Below, in pieces: positions 23,257 to 31,585 of a DNA stretch of 32,000 nucleotides. Location: assembly GCA_014799665.1 (NCBI GenBank), contig JAAVHP010000010.1, forward strand, positions 40,085 through 72,084. The letters run 5' to 3'. The position numbers and the translations under genes were made by a program. Each line of letters begins with the position of its first letter. Within the stretch, counting starts at the first letter, position 1. Below the pieces are notes generated by a model, which saw only the letters and a program-made list of their open reading frames with translations, was not told where the DNA came from and ran no database searches. This DNA comes from Clostridiales bacterium. Lineage in GTDB: Bacteria > Bacillota > Clostridia > Christensenellales > Pumilibacteraceae.

Positions 23257-26181
23257 CTATTTCAACTTAATCGAGCTTAGAATTTTAGTGAGTATAGTCA
23301 CGACGAAGTAGCCTGCAAGCACGACGGTGGACACAAAGCAAATTTGCGTGAACCCGATCGGGGCAAGCCCGATATCGGGCATTATGTACATAAAGAACGC
23401 GGTCAGCGCGATCACGCCGAGCATGAGCACCGTACGGAACGCGTTAAACGGCTCGCACTGACGGAACAGCACCATCATACCCACGCACGTGAGCGCAATG
23501 ACCATCATGCAGGTAACTTCCTCGGCAGGCATGGGCATTTGCGTATTGAGCACGTACATACTCATAACGCCGAGCACGAGCGCCACGCCGCCCGGCACTG
23601 CGCGCGAGATAACGTTGGATAGGAACTTACCGCGTATGATATTCTTGTTCGCTTGTAGCGCGAGGAAGAACGACGGAACGCCGATAATGCAGATTTCGAG
23701 CGGAACGAGATTGTTCGTCGACAGCGGGTACGGCTGCTGCATGGCGAGGAAGATAATAGACAGCACGATCGACATGAACGTTTTCATGAGGAACATTGCC
23801 GACGAAGCCTGAATGTTATTGACCACGCGCCGCCCTTCCATAACGACGTCGGGCATGGACGAGAAGTCATTGTTTTGCAGCACCAAGTGGCTTACGTTGG
23901 TTGCCGCTTCCGCGCCCGACGCCATGGCGACCGAGCAATCGGCTTCGCGCATGGCGAGGATGTCGTTCACGCCGTCGCCCGTCATGGCGACCGTGTGCGC
24001 CTTGGACTTAATGGAGCGCACGAGCAAGCGTTTCTGATCGGGCGTTACCCTGCCGAAAACGGTGTACTTGTTCGCCGCTTCGATAACGTCCTGATCGGAG
24101 AAGCCTTCGAGCGAAACGTACAGCTCGGCGTTCTCTACGCCCACGCGCTTGGCGACCTCGCTGACCGTAATCGGGTTGTCGCCCGAAATGACTTTAACGG
24201 CAACGTTGTTTTCCTTGAACCATTTAATGGTCTCGATAGCGTCCTCGCGGATATGGTCCTCGATGATAAGCAAGCACACGGGACGGCGCACGGCGGGAAG
24301 CTTTTCGCCCACTATCTCCGCGGGCGAATGCGCGAGCACCATTACGCGGTAGCCGTTGGACGCATTCTCGTTGATTATCTTTTCGATACGCACGCCCATG
24401 TCTTTGAGCACGAACTCAGGGGCGCCGAGCATATATGTGCCCTCGTTTTCGAACGAAACCGCGGACAGCTTGCGGCTCGACGAGAACGGGAGAACGGCGG
24501 TAGGATTGAGCGCCTTGCTGTACCCGAACTTATTGGCGAGCGCGAGCGCGGTCTGGTTGTTATCGCCCGTCGCGGTGAGCATCGACCCGATAATATCGCC
24601 GATAGAGTGCGCGCTCTCGTGACCTTTGATCTCGATAACGTTATTGACCTGCATCGAGCCGTCGGTGATAGTGCCCGTCTTATCGAGGCACAGCACGTCG
24701 ACGCGCGCGAGCATTTCTATACAGTACAAGTCTTGAACGAGCGTTTGCTTGCGCGCAAGCCGTATAACCGACGCTGACAGCGCGAGCGTAGTCAAAAGGA
24801 ACATACCCGACGGAATCATGCCTATGACCGAGCCCGCTGCGCTCGTAACGATCTTGTTCCAGTCGGCGGCGGTAGCGGTCAGACCCGCGGGCACGATATT
24901 GCGGTAGTTCGTCCAGACCATGAGCGCGCCGATAGCGATAATAAACGGCGACAAAACTTTGATAACGAGCTTAATAGAGTTCATGAGCTCGCTCTTGGGC
25001 TTTTTATACTTTTTGGCGTGGGAGGTGAGCGTTTCCACGTAGTTGGCGGAGCCGACCTTTTCAACGCGCGCCACGACCGAACCACTGCTTATAAACGAAC
25101 CGCTGTACAGCATATCGCCTACGTGCTTTTTAACGGGCTCGCTCTCGCCCGTAAGCATCGATTCGTTCACCTCGCACTCGCCCTTGACGACGATGGAGTC
25201 GGTGCAGATCTGCTTACCCATTTCGAAGCAAATAATATCGTCGAGCACAACGTCGGATGTGGGTATGACAGTCCGCTCGCCCTCGCGAATGACGACCGCG
25301 CTCGGCGCGGACACGAGCGACAGCTTGTCGAGCTTCATCTTGGACCGCACTTCTTGGAATATACCCAACAGAACGTTAGCGGTAATAATAACTATAAAGA
25401 AAAGCTGAGTAAAGCCCGCGCCGACTATGATAAGCGCCGCCGCGACTATAAACGTCAAAATATTAAAGAACGTAAATATATTGCTGAGGAAAATCGAAAG
25501 ATAGCTTTTGCCCGATTTCTTCTTGACGAAATTATCGTAGCCCTGCTCGATACGCGCGGCAACGACCTCGTTGGACAAGCCGCGTTCGGGATCGGGGTTG
25601 TAACGCTCGGCGACCGTAAGATCGACCGTCTTTTGCTTGCGCCGCTTGCCCGAACGCTTGCGGCTCTTGACAGCCTCGTGCGAAAGCATGGTATTATCAA
25701 TAGTCATCGACTTGTGGTAATACCCCGCAGTCGGTTCTTCGGTAACCACGCCGTCGTCATCATCGAATACCGAGCTGTCTATGACCGACGGGTCGATAGT
25801 GCTCATCGAATACCCTTTCGTGGTATTGTACTCGGCGTCCTTGGTTATAATGCGAGTAGTGGCGCGTTCGTGCGCGACCGTCTTCTTTTTGGACGGCGTG
25901 TTCGTTTTGGGCAGCTCAACGGTAGACGTGACCTCCGCCCGAACCTCGGTCTCCTCGGCAGGCTCTATCGTCTTGGTCGCCGTGCGCGACTTCGTCGGCG
26001 AAACGGTCTTAGGCGTCGTCGTAGTCTTGGGCGAAGTCGTTTTTGGCGTGGTGGTCTTGGGCGCCGTTGTCTTCGGCGAAGTCGTTTTGGGCGTCGTCGT
26101 CGGCGCTACCGTCTTAGGCGAGGTCGTTTTAGGCGTCGTCTTGGGACTATTTGTCTTTTTGATCTTGTCTTGCATATTCAC
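23257..26181 (-). CDS. Cation-translocating P-type (E1-E2) ATPase with a ~190-aa N-terminal extension
   Basis: TGESEP, CLDKTGTIT and MTGDGVNDILAM motifs and about 10 TM segments. Probable GVG-free start: GTG at 26181 with AGGTGA 6 nt upstream; ATG at 26175 is an alternative. Confidence 0.88.
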   Translation of the reverse strand: MNMQDKIKKTNSPKTTPKTTSPKTVAPTTTPKTTSPKTTAPKTTTPKTTSPKTTTTPKTVSPTKSRTATKTIEPAEETEVRAEVTSTVELPKTNTPSKKKTVAHERATTRIITKDAEYNTTKGYSMSTIDPSVIDSSVFDDDDGVVTEEPTAGYYHKSMTIDNTMLSHEAVKSRKRSGKRRKQKTVDLTVAERYNPDPERGLSNEVVAARIEQGYDNFVKKKSGKSYLSIFLSNIFTFFNILTFIVAAALIIVGAGFTQLFFIVIITANVLLGIFQEVRSKMKLDKLSLVSAPSAVVIREGERTVIPTSDVVLDDIICFEMGKQICTDSIVVKGECEVNESMLTGESEPVKKHVGDMLYSGSFISSGSVVARVEKVGSANYVETLTSHAKKYKKPKSELMNSIKLVIKVLSPFIIAIGALMVWTNYRNIVPAGLTATAADWNKIVTSAAGSVIGMIPSGMFLLTTLALSASVIRLARKQTLVQDLYCIEMLARVDVLCLDKTGTITDGSMQVNNVIEIKGHESAHSIGDIIGSMLTATGDNNQTALALANKFGYSKALNPTAVLPFSSSRKLSAVSFENEGTYMLGAPEFVLKDMGVRIEKIINENASNGYRVMVLAHSPAEIVGEKLPAVRRPVCLLIIEDHIREDAIETIKWFKENNVAVKVISGDNPITVSEVAKRVGVENAELYVSLEGFSDQDVIEAANKYTVFGRVTPDQKRLLVRSIKSKAHTVAMTGDGVNDILAMREADCSVAMASGAEAATNVSHLVLQNNDFSSMPDVVMEGRRVVNNIQASSAMFLMKTFMSIVLSIIFLAMQQPYPLSTNNLVPLEICIIGVPSFFLALQANKNIIRGKFLSNVISRAVPGGVALVLGVMSMYVLNTQMPMPAEEVTCMMVIALTCVGMMVLFRQCEPFNAFRTVLMLGVIALTAFFMYIMPDIGLAPIGFTQICFVSTVVLAGYFVVTILTKILSSIKLK
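25990..26148 (-). repeat. In-frame tandem micro-repeats encoding (S/A/T)PKTT units
   Basis: Protein reads SPKTTPKTTSPKTVAPTTTPKTTSPKTTAPKTTTPKTTSPKTTTTPKTVSPTK. The DNA shows reiterated GGCG(A/T)(A/G)GTCGTTTT(A/G)GG units. Confidence 0.85.
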
Positions 26182-26235
26182 ATTATATCACCTATATACA
26201 ACAAAATCAAGCTTTAATCGCAAAAATACAAACTA

Positions 26236-26268
26236 TAAAACGAAAAACCGCCGCTGGGAAGCGACGGT
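26236..26268 (-). terminator. Rho-independent terminator after the ABC permease gene
   Basis: ACCGCCGC / GCGACGGT stem, followed on the minus strand by TTTTTCGTTTT. Confidence 0.65.
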
Positions 26269-26291
26269 CTTTTAATTGTGTTCTATTAAAT

Positions 26292-27059
26292 TCAATCTAC
26301 GTATTTACGGAATACGAGCGAAAGCATCCACTTTATAGCGAACTCGAATATTACGGCAACGACGACCGCCGCAAGCACGAACGCTATGAGCATGGCGGTT
26401 TCAAAATACGCCTGCGCCTGTTTCATCAGCATACCCAGGCTTTTGGAGGTCTGCGCAAGCACTTCCGCGCCGATCACCGCTTTTATATTGTAAGAGAAGC
26501 TTGTAGCCATGCTTTCGGGAAGTCCGCCCGCAAGGCACGGAAACCATAACGCTTTGAATGTTTGAAGCTTACCCGCGCCGTTCAGCCTGCAAATCTCTTT
26601 TAGCTCGCGCTGGACCGACGAAGTGCGCGCCCGCGCCGCTGAGTACATTATCGGCATGATTACGAGCACTCCCATGACTATGGGCGTTCCGTACCCGCCC
26701 AGCACTATCGCCAGCACAAGCGTGATCGCCACGGCGGGCATTGCCCTTAGCGCGGATATTATCGGCTCGATTATACGCCTGAACGGTTCGAACGCAGTAG
26801 CGAAAAAGAATGTTACGCCGAACAGCACAAGCGATATCCCGAACCCGATCGCACTGCGCGCGAGCGTTCCGCCTAACGCACGCCAAAAAACGCTCATTTT
26901 AAGAACGCCTTTGAGCGCGACGAATGTTTGCTCTACGTTGGGCAGTACGAACTCCGATCCGATAGCAAGCGCGGCGATCGACCACACTGCAAGCGATATA
27001 CCGATTACGCAAACGGCGTAGACGATATTATAGGCAATTTTTTTTGCCGACTTGGACAT
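26292..27059 (-). CDS. ABC transporter permease (NitT/TauT-like)
   Basis: 255 aa, 6 TM segments, EAA-loop-like region SALRAMPAVAITLVLAIVLG. The start overlaps the upstream stop as TAATG. Confidence 0.8.
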   Translation of the reverse strand: MSKSAKKIAYNIVYAVCVIGISLAVWSIAALAIGSEFVLPNVEQTFVALKGVLKMSVFWRALGGTLARSAIGFGISLVLFGVTFFFATAFEPFRRIIEPIISALRAMPAVAITLVLAIVLGGYGTPIVMGVLVIMPIMYSAARARTSSVQRELKEICRLNGAGKLQTFKALWFPCLAGGLPESMATSFSYNIKAVIGAEVLAQTSKSLGMLMKQAQAYFETAMLIAFVLAAVVVAVIFEFAIKWMLSLVFRKYVD

Positions 27060-28048
27060 TATCCTTTATAATAAATATCGTCGTCGGGAAGCTCCGCGAG
27101 CACCGTGCCGATATCTGTATTAAGCGAGGTAAGCAAACGGAAGTACGCGCGGCAATCCTCTATGCAGTCCTCGGCGCGCACCGTCTTAATATTACAATTC
27201 TTAATTATTGTCGCATTGAGCGAAGCAAGCGACGGATCAGTCCCCTCTTCCATGTGCGCCTTGATCGCCTCGACCGTTTCGTCGGGATGAGCGGCCGCCC
27301 AACCGTCGTTCTTTTCGAGCGTTTTGATAAAGTCCTCTACGTAGTCTCCGTCGCTCTCTATGAACGATTTTTTCGCCACAAGACAGGCCTGCGGATAATC
27401 GCTCTCAAACAGCTCCTGCCATTGTTCTTGCATATCGCAAAGAAGCTTTTTGTTAAACTTGTTCATGGCGTTGGTCGCCGCAGGCTCGGCGATAAGCGCG
27501 TAGTCGACTTCGCCCTTGTTGATCATGGGCAAAAGCGCGCTGCCGTCTTTGGCATAGCGGATAGCGACCTTGCCGGATACAGCAGTTTCGGAAACCTCGT
27601 AGTCGATTTTAAGATTATCGAGGAGAATACGTAAAGTGTATTCGGGAACGGCGTTTTGCCCTATCGAGCCGAGCTTTTTACCTACGAGATCGCCGAGCTC
27701 GAACTCGTCACCGTCGCCGTCGCCTATTATATAAAGATTGCCGTGCGTGTTCACGGTAAGGATCTGAATATCCACGCCCTTGTTGTACAGCGTAGCCGCG
27801 GCGTTGATAGGCATGATCGCCATGTCCGCCGCACCCGTCGATACCCTTTGCCCAATCGTTTCGGCGTTTACGACAGTGAACTCGGCACGAGAGTACCCCG
27901 CATCCATGAGCGAAGCGAGCGCGATCGCGGGCGCGCCGTCGGGCATATAGATATGCACCGTCTCGCCCGTTTCTTCATTACCGCACGCGGCAAGCGGAAG
28001 CGCGAACGTCGCCGCAGTGACCAAACATAAAAGCTTTTTGATTTTCAT
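27059..28048 (-). CDS. ABC transporter substrate-binding lipoprotein (NMT1/THI5-like fold)
   Basis: Lipobox LAAC. MPDGAPAIALA...GAADMAIMPINAAATLYNKG pattern. AAAGGAG RBS. Confidence 0.7.
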   Translation of the reverse strand: MKIKKLLCLVTAATFALPLAACGNEETGETVHIYMPDGAPAIALASLMDAGYSRAEFTVVNAETIGQRVSTGAADMAIMPINAAATLYNKGVDIQILTVNTHGNLYIIGDGDGDEFELGDLVGKKLGSIGQNAVPEYTLRILLDNLKIDYEVSETAVSGKVAIRYAKDGSALLPMINKGEVDYALIAEPAATNAMNKFNKKLLCDMQEQWQELFESDYPQACLVAKKSFIESDGDYVEDFIKTLEKNDGWAAAHPDETVEAIKAHMEEGTDPSLASLNATIIKNCNIKTVRAEDCIEDCRAYFRLLTSLNTDIGTVLAELPDDDIYYKG

Positions 28049-28158
28049 AATATATCTCCTTTAAAGTTAGTTTTAGGGATTAGAGGTCAAGGTACAGGAG
28101 TTGACCACTACGTGGTAGTTTTATCCTTTCCCGTACCCAATGTCTGGTGCCTTATGCA

Positions 28159-28410
28159 CTATTCTTTTCCAAACATTGCCTTTGCGCTGACGCCGTTTAT
28201 CGCGCCGAGCTTGCCCGTTAAAGCATTGACGGCATTAACGGGCGCGTCGAGCACGAGCGTGATAGCATTTATACCCCTATCACGTATAGGCAAGCCCAGC
28301 CGTCCAAGCACGTATTTGCCCGCGTCGTGAAGAACACGGTTTACGCTTTCCACAGCTTGCACGTCCGATACGATTATACCTAGCACGGCTATTCTGTTTT
28401 GTTCGCACAT
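28159..28410 (-). CDS. TM1266-family small ACT-like protein (annotated elsewhere as putative iron-only hydrogenase system regulator)
   Basis: 83 aa. RIAVLGIIVSD...VESVNRVLHDAGKYVLGRLGLPIRDRGINAITLVLDAP...VNALTGKLG...GVSAK matches my recollection of the TM1266/TIGR03959 family. Confidence 0.7.
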   Translation of the reverse strand: MCEQNRIAVLGIIVSDVQAVESVNRVLHDAGKYVLGRLGLPIRDRGINAITLVLDAPVNAVNALTGKLGAINGVSAKAMFGKE

Positions 28411-28556
28411 AAAAACGCACCTCTTATTAGGGTGCGCAAAAAAACATATTAAACTCGGACAGTTGCAACCGCCTAACCTTTTATCGGGTACGGCGTATGC
28501 AGTGAAATAAAAACCGTCTTTACCGTCAGGCGCACCCTTTCGATTTAGACGAGTAT
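28411..28556 (-). promoter_or_regulatory. Riboswitch-like 5' leader with terminator/RBS-sequestering hairpin and competing upstream segment (class not recognised)
   Basis: On the minus strand, GGGTGCGC (28538..28531) is exactly complementary to GCGCACCC (28438..28431). The latter can instead pair with GGTGCG (28421..28416), forming a hairpin followed by TTTTT-ATG with the RBS AAGAGGTG in its loop and 3' arm. A P1-like ACTCG/CGAGT pairing closes a ~100-nt upstream domain. Confidence 0.6.
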
Positions 28557-28585
28557 ATTATACTCCGCACATTTATAAATGTCAA
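28557..28585 (-). promoter_or_regulatory. Consensus sigma-A promoter of the TM1266-like/ABC operon
   Basis: Minus strand: TTGACA (28585..28580), 17 nt, TATAAT (28562..28557). Confidence 0.75.
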
Positions 28586-28628
28586 GTAAATACAGATATA
28601 CTAAAAACCATTGTTCCATTTATTAAAA

Positions 28629-28664
28629 ACGGCTGTACCGAAACTCACGATACAGCCGTTTTTT
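28629..28664 (-). terminator. Rho-independent terminator of the 28681-30477 gene
   Basis: ACGGCTGTA ... TACAGCCGT 9-bp stem with an inner CG/CG pair. A-run and T-run on either side. Confidence 0.8.
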
Positions 28665-28680
28665 ATTTATTGATCTTTAA

Positions 28681-30477
28681 TTATTTAAGCTTGTTGCCGC
28701 AATAGCAGCAGTACGTTTCGTCGACGCCGTTCTCTTTTCCGCACGCGCGGCAAGTGATTTTATCGGTAGGCGCCGCAGTGGTTTCGGTCGACGATGTCTC
28801 GGTCGAGGTCGTTTCGCCGCCCACGGTCGTGGTCGTTGTAGTAGTCGTAACAACGGTAGTTTCCTCGGTCGCAACCGCTTCGGTCTCGGCGGGCGCGGGC
28901 TGAGCCGCGACTTTCGCCGTTCTGTCTATGATCTTGACCTTGTGCTTATTGAGCACGGGAATGACAGTGAACAGAATATTGACGATGGCAAGCAGAAGCG
29001 TGAAGATGATGCCGAATATAAATCCGCCGCCCATGCTGTCGCCCTTAGGCATGCCACCCGCCATAGATATGATCGCAACGAGCGAGCAACCGCCGGCAAC
29101 TGCGGGGATGATGATATCGAAGATACCGCCGATCTTGGGAATGCGGACGAGCTGCATCAGCACAAACAAGACAAGTGCGGCGAGCGTTATTATAAGCAGG
29201 AAGAACGCGAAGCCCGAGCCGCCCGAATTTGCCGCGGCGTTAGCGGCATAAATGGAACCGCCTTTTGCCGTTGTATACACAGCCGAGTTTGTAATGAGCA
29301 GAACGGCTATAAGAATGAGTACGATATTGACTATCGAGTACCAAGGGAATCTGCCGTGGCTCTGAATAACCGTTACGAAAATAGTAAACGCAAGAAGTAT
29401 TATCGAGATAACGAACGCAATGCCCTGACCTGCGCTTACGTTAGCACCGAACAAACCGGTGAAAGCAAGATACGCAAGCATGAATGCGAACGATACAACA
29501 GCGTCAAGCGCGTGAACGTTTTTATTTTTCTTAACAAAGAACAGTATGAGGTTTTTAACTACGAGCGCAATCGGAACAAGGAAGGCTATGAACATGAGGA
29601 AGCCCATTATGGCGTAACCGCCGCCTACCCAATTACCAGCCATGCCGGTGAGGTAGCCTTTGACTTCGGCGCTCTTGCCGAGATACCCGAATACGCTGTA
29701 CCATTCCGAGGTGTTCTTGCCGTTGACCGTGCCGGTCGTAATGTCGAACGCCGAAATGAGAAGCGCCAAACCGCTGACAAAAAGCAGGATGTTGGCTATT
29801 ATAAACAGCGGGAGCTTGCCTTTATTATTGATAAAGTCGTTGGACTTCGCCGCGATAGCCGTAGTCTTTTTGGTCTTGGTGGTCGTCGTTACCGTAGTAG
29901 TAGTCGACGAGACAGCCGCAGGTTCTTCCGTTTTGGGTTCTTCCGCGGGTGTTACGACAGGTTCTGGTTCCTTAACCGGTTCCGGTGCGGGTTCTTCCTT
30001 AACGGGTTCGGGCTCTTTAACAGGCTCGGGAGCGGGCTCGGCAACGGGCTTCGGTTCTTCCTTGACAGGTTCAGGCGTAGGCTCGACCGTCTCGGTAACC
30101 GTAGGCTCTTCGACCGCTTCCTCTTTGGGCTCCTCGGCTTTTACCGGTTCTTTCTTCTGAACAGGCTTTTTTGCGGCGGGCTTTTTAGCCGCCGTCGAGG
30201 ACTTAGAAGCTGTCGACTTGCTACCGGTAGAAGAAGATTTGGTCGCGGGCTTCTTTGCCGTAGAAGTCGTCTTCTTAGCCGTCGACGCGGGCTTTTTAGC
30301 CGTTGTCGATTTAGCCGCAGGCTTCTTCGCCGCGGGTTTCTTTTCCGCAGGCGCAGCTTCCTCGGCGGGTGCAGACTCATCAAGCTGGTTATTGAGCGAC
30401 GCTATGAGCTCGGCAGCTTTTTTGAGCGCTTCGGCAGCCTCTGCGCGAGTCTGCTCGGTGGTCTTTTTACTTGCCAT
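28681..30477 (-). CDS. Multi-pass membrane protein with Lys/Ala/Pro-rich N-terminal tail, Thr-rich linker and C-terminal zinc ribbon
   Basis: GGAGG lies 5 nt before ATG 30477. N-terminal KKPAAKK and EPVKEEP repeats, about 9 TM helices, and C-terminal CRACG-x9-CCYCG. No enzymatic motif recognised. Confidence 0.75.
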   Translation of the reverse strand: MASKKTTEQTRAEAAEALKKAAELIASLNNQLDESAPAEEAAPAEKKPAAKKPAAKSTTAKKPASTAKKTTSTAKKPATKSSSTGSKSTASKSSTAAKKPAAKKPVQKKEPVKAEEPKEEAVEEPTVTETVEPTPEPVKEEPKPVAEPAPEPVKEPEPVKEEPAPEPVKEPEPVVTPAEEPKTEEPAAVSSTTTTVTTTTKTKKTTAIAAKSNDFINNKGKLPLFIIANILLFVSGLALLISAFDITTGTVNGKNTSEWYSVFGYLGKSAEVKGYLTGMAGNWVGGGYAIMGFLMFIAFLVPIALVVKNLILFFVKKNKNVHALDAVVSFAFMLAYLAFTGLFGANVSAGQGIAFVISIILLAFTIFVTVIQSHGRFPWYSIVNIVLILIAVLLITNSAVYTTAKGGSIYAANAAANSGGSGFAFFLLIITLAALVLFVLMQLVRIPKIGGIFDIIIPAVAGGCSLVAIISMAGGMPKGDSMGGGFIFGIIFTLLLAIVNILFTVIPVLNKHKVKIIDRTAKVAAQPAPAETEAVATEETTVVTTTTTTTTVGGETTSTETSSTETTAAPTDKITCRACGKENGVDETYCCYCGNKLK

Positions 30478-30609
30478 CATTTCCTCCAAGTAATTGATTA
30501 AAACAATAATGTCTTTACATATTATATCATACGCGAAAATACAAATCAAGAATTTTATAAAAATTTTTTCAAAGAAATGTTCGCGTTTTTCTGGCCGTTT
30601 ATCGGCTTA

Positions 30610-31446
30610 TTACAGTTCGACTTCCATGCCGTCGTAAGCGACGGTAATTCCGAGCGGATCGGCGAGCGCTTTTATTCCGTCGAAATCGAGATCGGTATTG
30701 TGCGAAAGGTGCGTTGCGATCACTGTCGAGTTCTCTTTAAAAAGCCGCGCTTGTCTTATCAGTTTTACTTGGTTATTTATATCGTAAAGCCCCATGTGTC
30801 GACCCGCGCCGTGCTCTATCGCGCCGTAGGTGCAATCGAGAGCCGCCAAATCGACTCGCGCGCTCATACCATACAAACGCTCGAACACCTCGAATTCGAG
30901 CGGGCCTGTGTCGTTCATGAGCAATATTCCTACACCGTTCCGCTCCAAATAATAGACCAAGCACTGCTCGCCTTTCGTGTGCGACGCGGGCAGCGCGATA
31001 ATGCGCATATCGCCGTCTACGACCTCATCGAATGGGCGCAACGTATTTACTGAAATCGTTTGTTCTACTTCGGGACGAACCTCGCGCTTAATATCGGACA
31101 TGAACATGTCGTGAACGGTTTGGTTGCAAAACACCTTAATGTTTTGCTCGGTCATGTCGTGCGCGAACGGCCCACCGTGCATACAGAACTCCTGCGGATA
31201 GCAGTGGTCCATGTGCGCATGGGTTATAAGCACGCGCTTGATTTTGGATAGATCGAATCGATACGTGAGCATATGCATATACGTATCCATCGGGAAATCG
31301 AAGAGCGTGTCGTCGTCGATCAGTATCTGACTGCGCGTCCGTATATTCTTGCCGCCCGTCTCCTTGGCATGCCGACAGGTCTTGCAATTGCAAAACACCG
31401 CGGGAACGCCCTCTGCGGCGGCTGTACCCAAAAACTTGATTTTCAT
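30610..31446 (-). CDS. MBL-fold metallo-hydrolase (PhnP-like, with N-terminal CxCxxC site)
   Basis: FLGTAAAEGVPAVFCNCKTC and HAHMDH (HxHxDH) motifs. Start set at MKIKFLG (ATG 31446). Confidence 0.8.
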   Translation of the reverse strand: MKIKFLGTAAAEGVPAVFCNCKTCRHAKETGGKNIRTRSQILIDDDTLFDFPMDTYMHMLTYRFDLSKIKRVLITHAHMDHCYPQEFCMHGGPFAHDMTEQNIKVFCNQTVHDMFMSDIKREVRPEVEQTISVNTLRPFDEVVDGDMRIIALPASHTKGEQCLVYYLERNGVGILLMNDTGPLEFEVFERLYGMSARVDLAALDCTYGAIEHGAGRHMGLYDINNQVKLIRQARLFKENSTVIATHLSHNTDLDFDGIKALADPLGITVAYDGMEVEL

Positions 31447-31505
31447 GGTATTACAATTCTCTCCTTTAAATCGGACAGTTCCCCGAAAGCTCAGTCGCGC
31501 GTCAG

Positions 31506-31584
31506 ACGGGCAACAGTTGGCGAGGCGGCGACGGGAGTGTAGACCCACCTACATGACCAAGCCGCCGAACCAAACGTAGCCCGT
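31506..31584 (-). other. GC-rich 79-nt rod-like hairpin immediately after the AMP-ligase stop codon
   Basis: ACGGGC/GCCCGT closing pairs (31584..31579 with 31511..31506). Helix TTGGTTCGGCGGC / GCCGCCTCGCCAA has 11 of 13 pairs. Apical GTAG-GTGGGT-CTAC. No U-tract follows. Confidence 0.55.
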
Positions 31585-31585
31585 A

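Noticed and set aside
28411-28556. TPP or purine riboswitch upstream of the NMT1/THI5-like transporter operon
   Set aside because: The leader superficially shares ACTCG...GGGTGC and ...TGTCCGAGT. However, it lacks the TPP CUGAGA and ACCUGAUCUGGAUAAUGCCAGCG cores, and the purine junction motifs and size do not fit. It is kept as an unclassified candidate.
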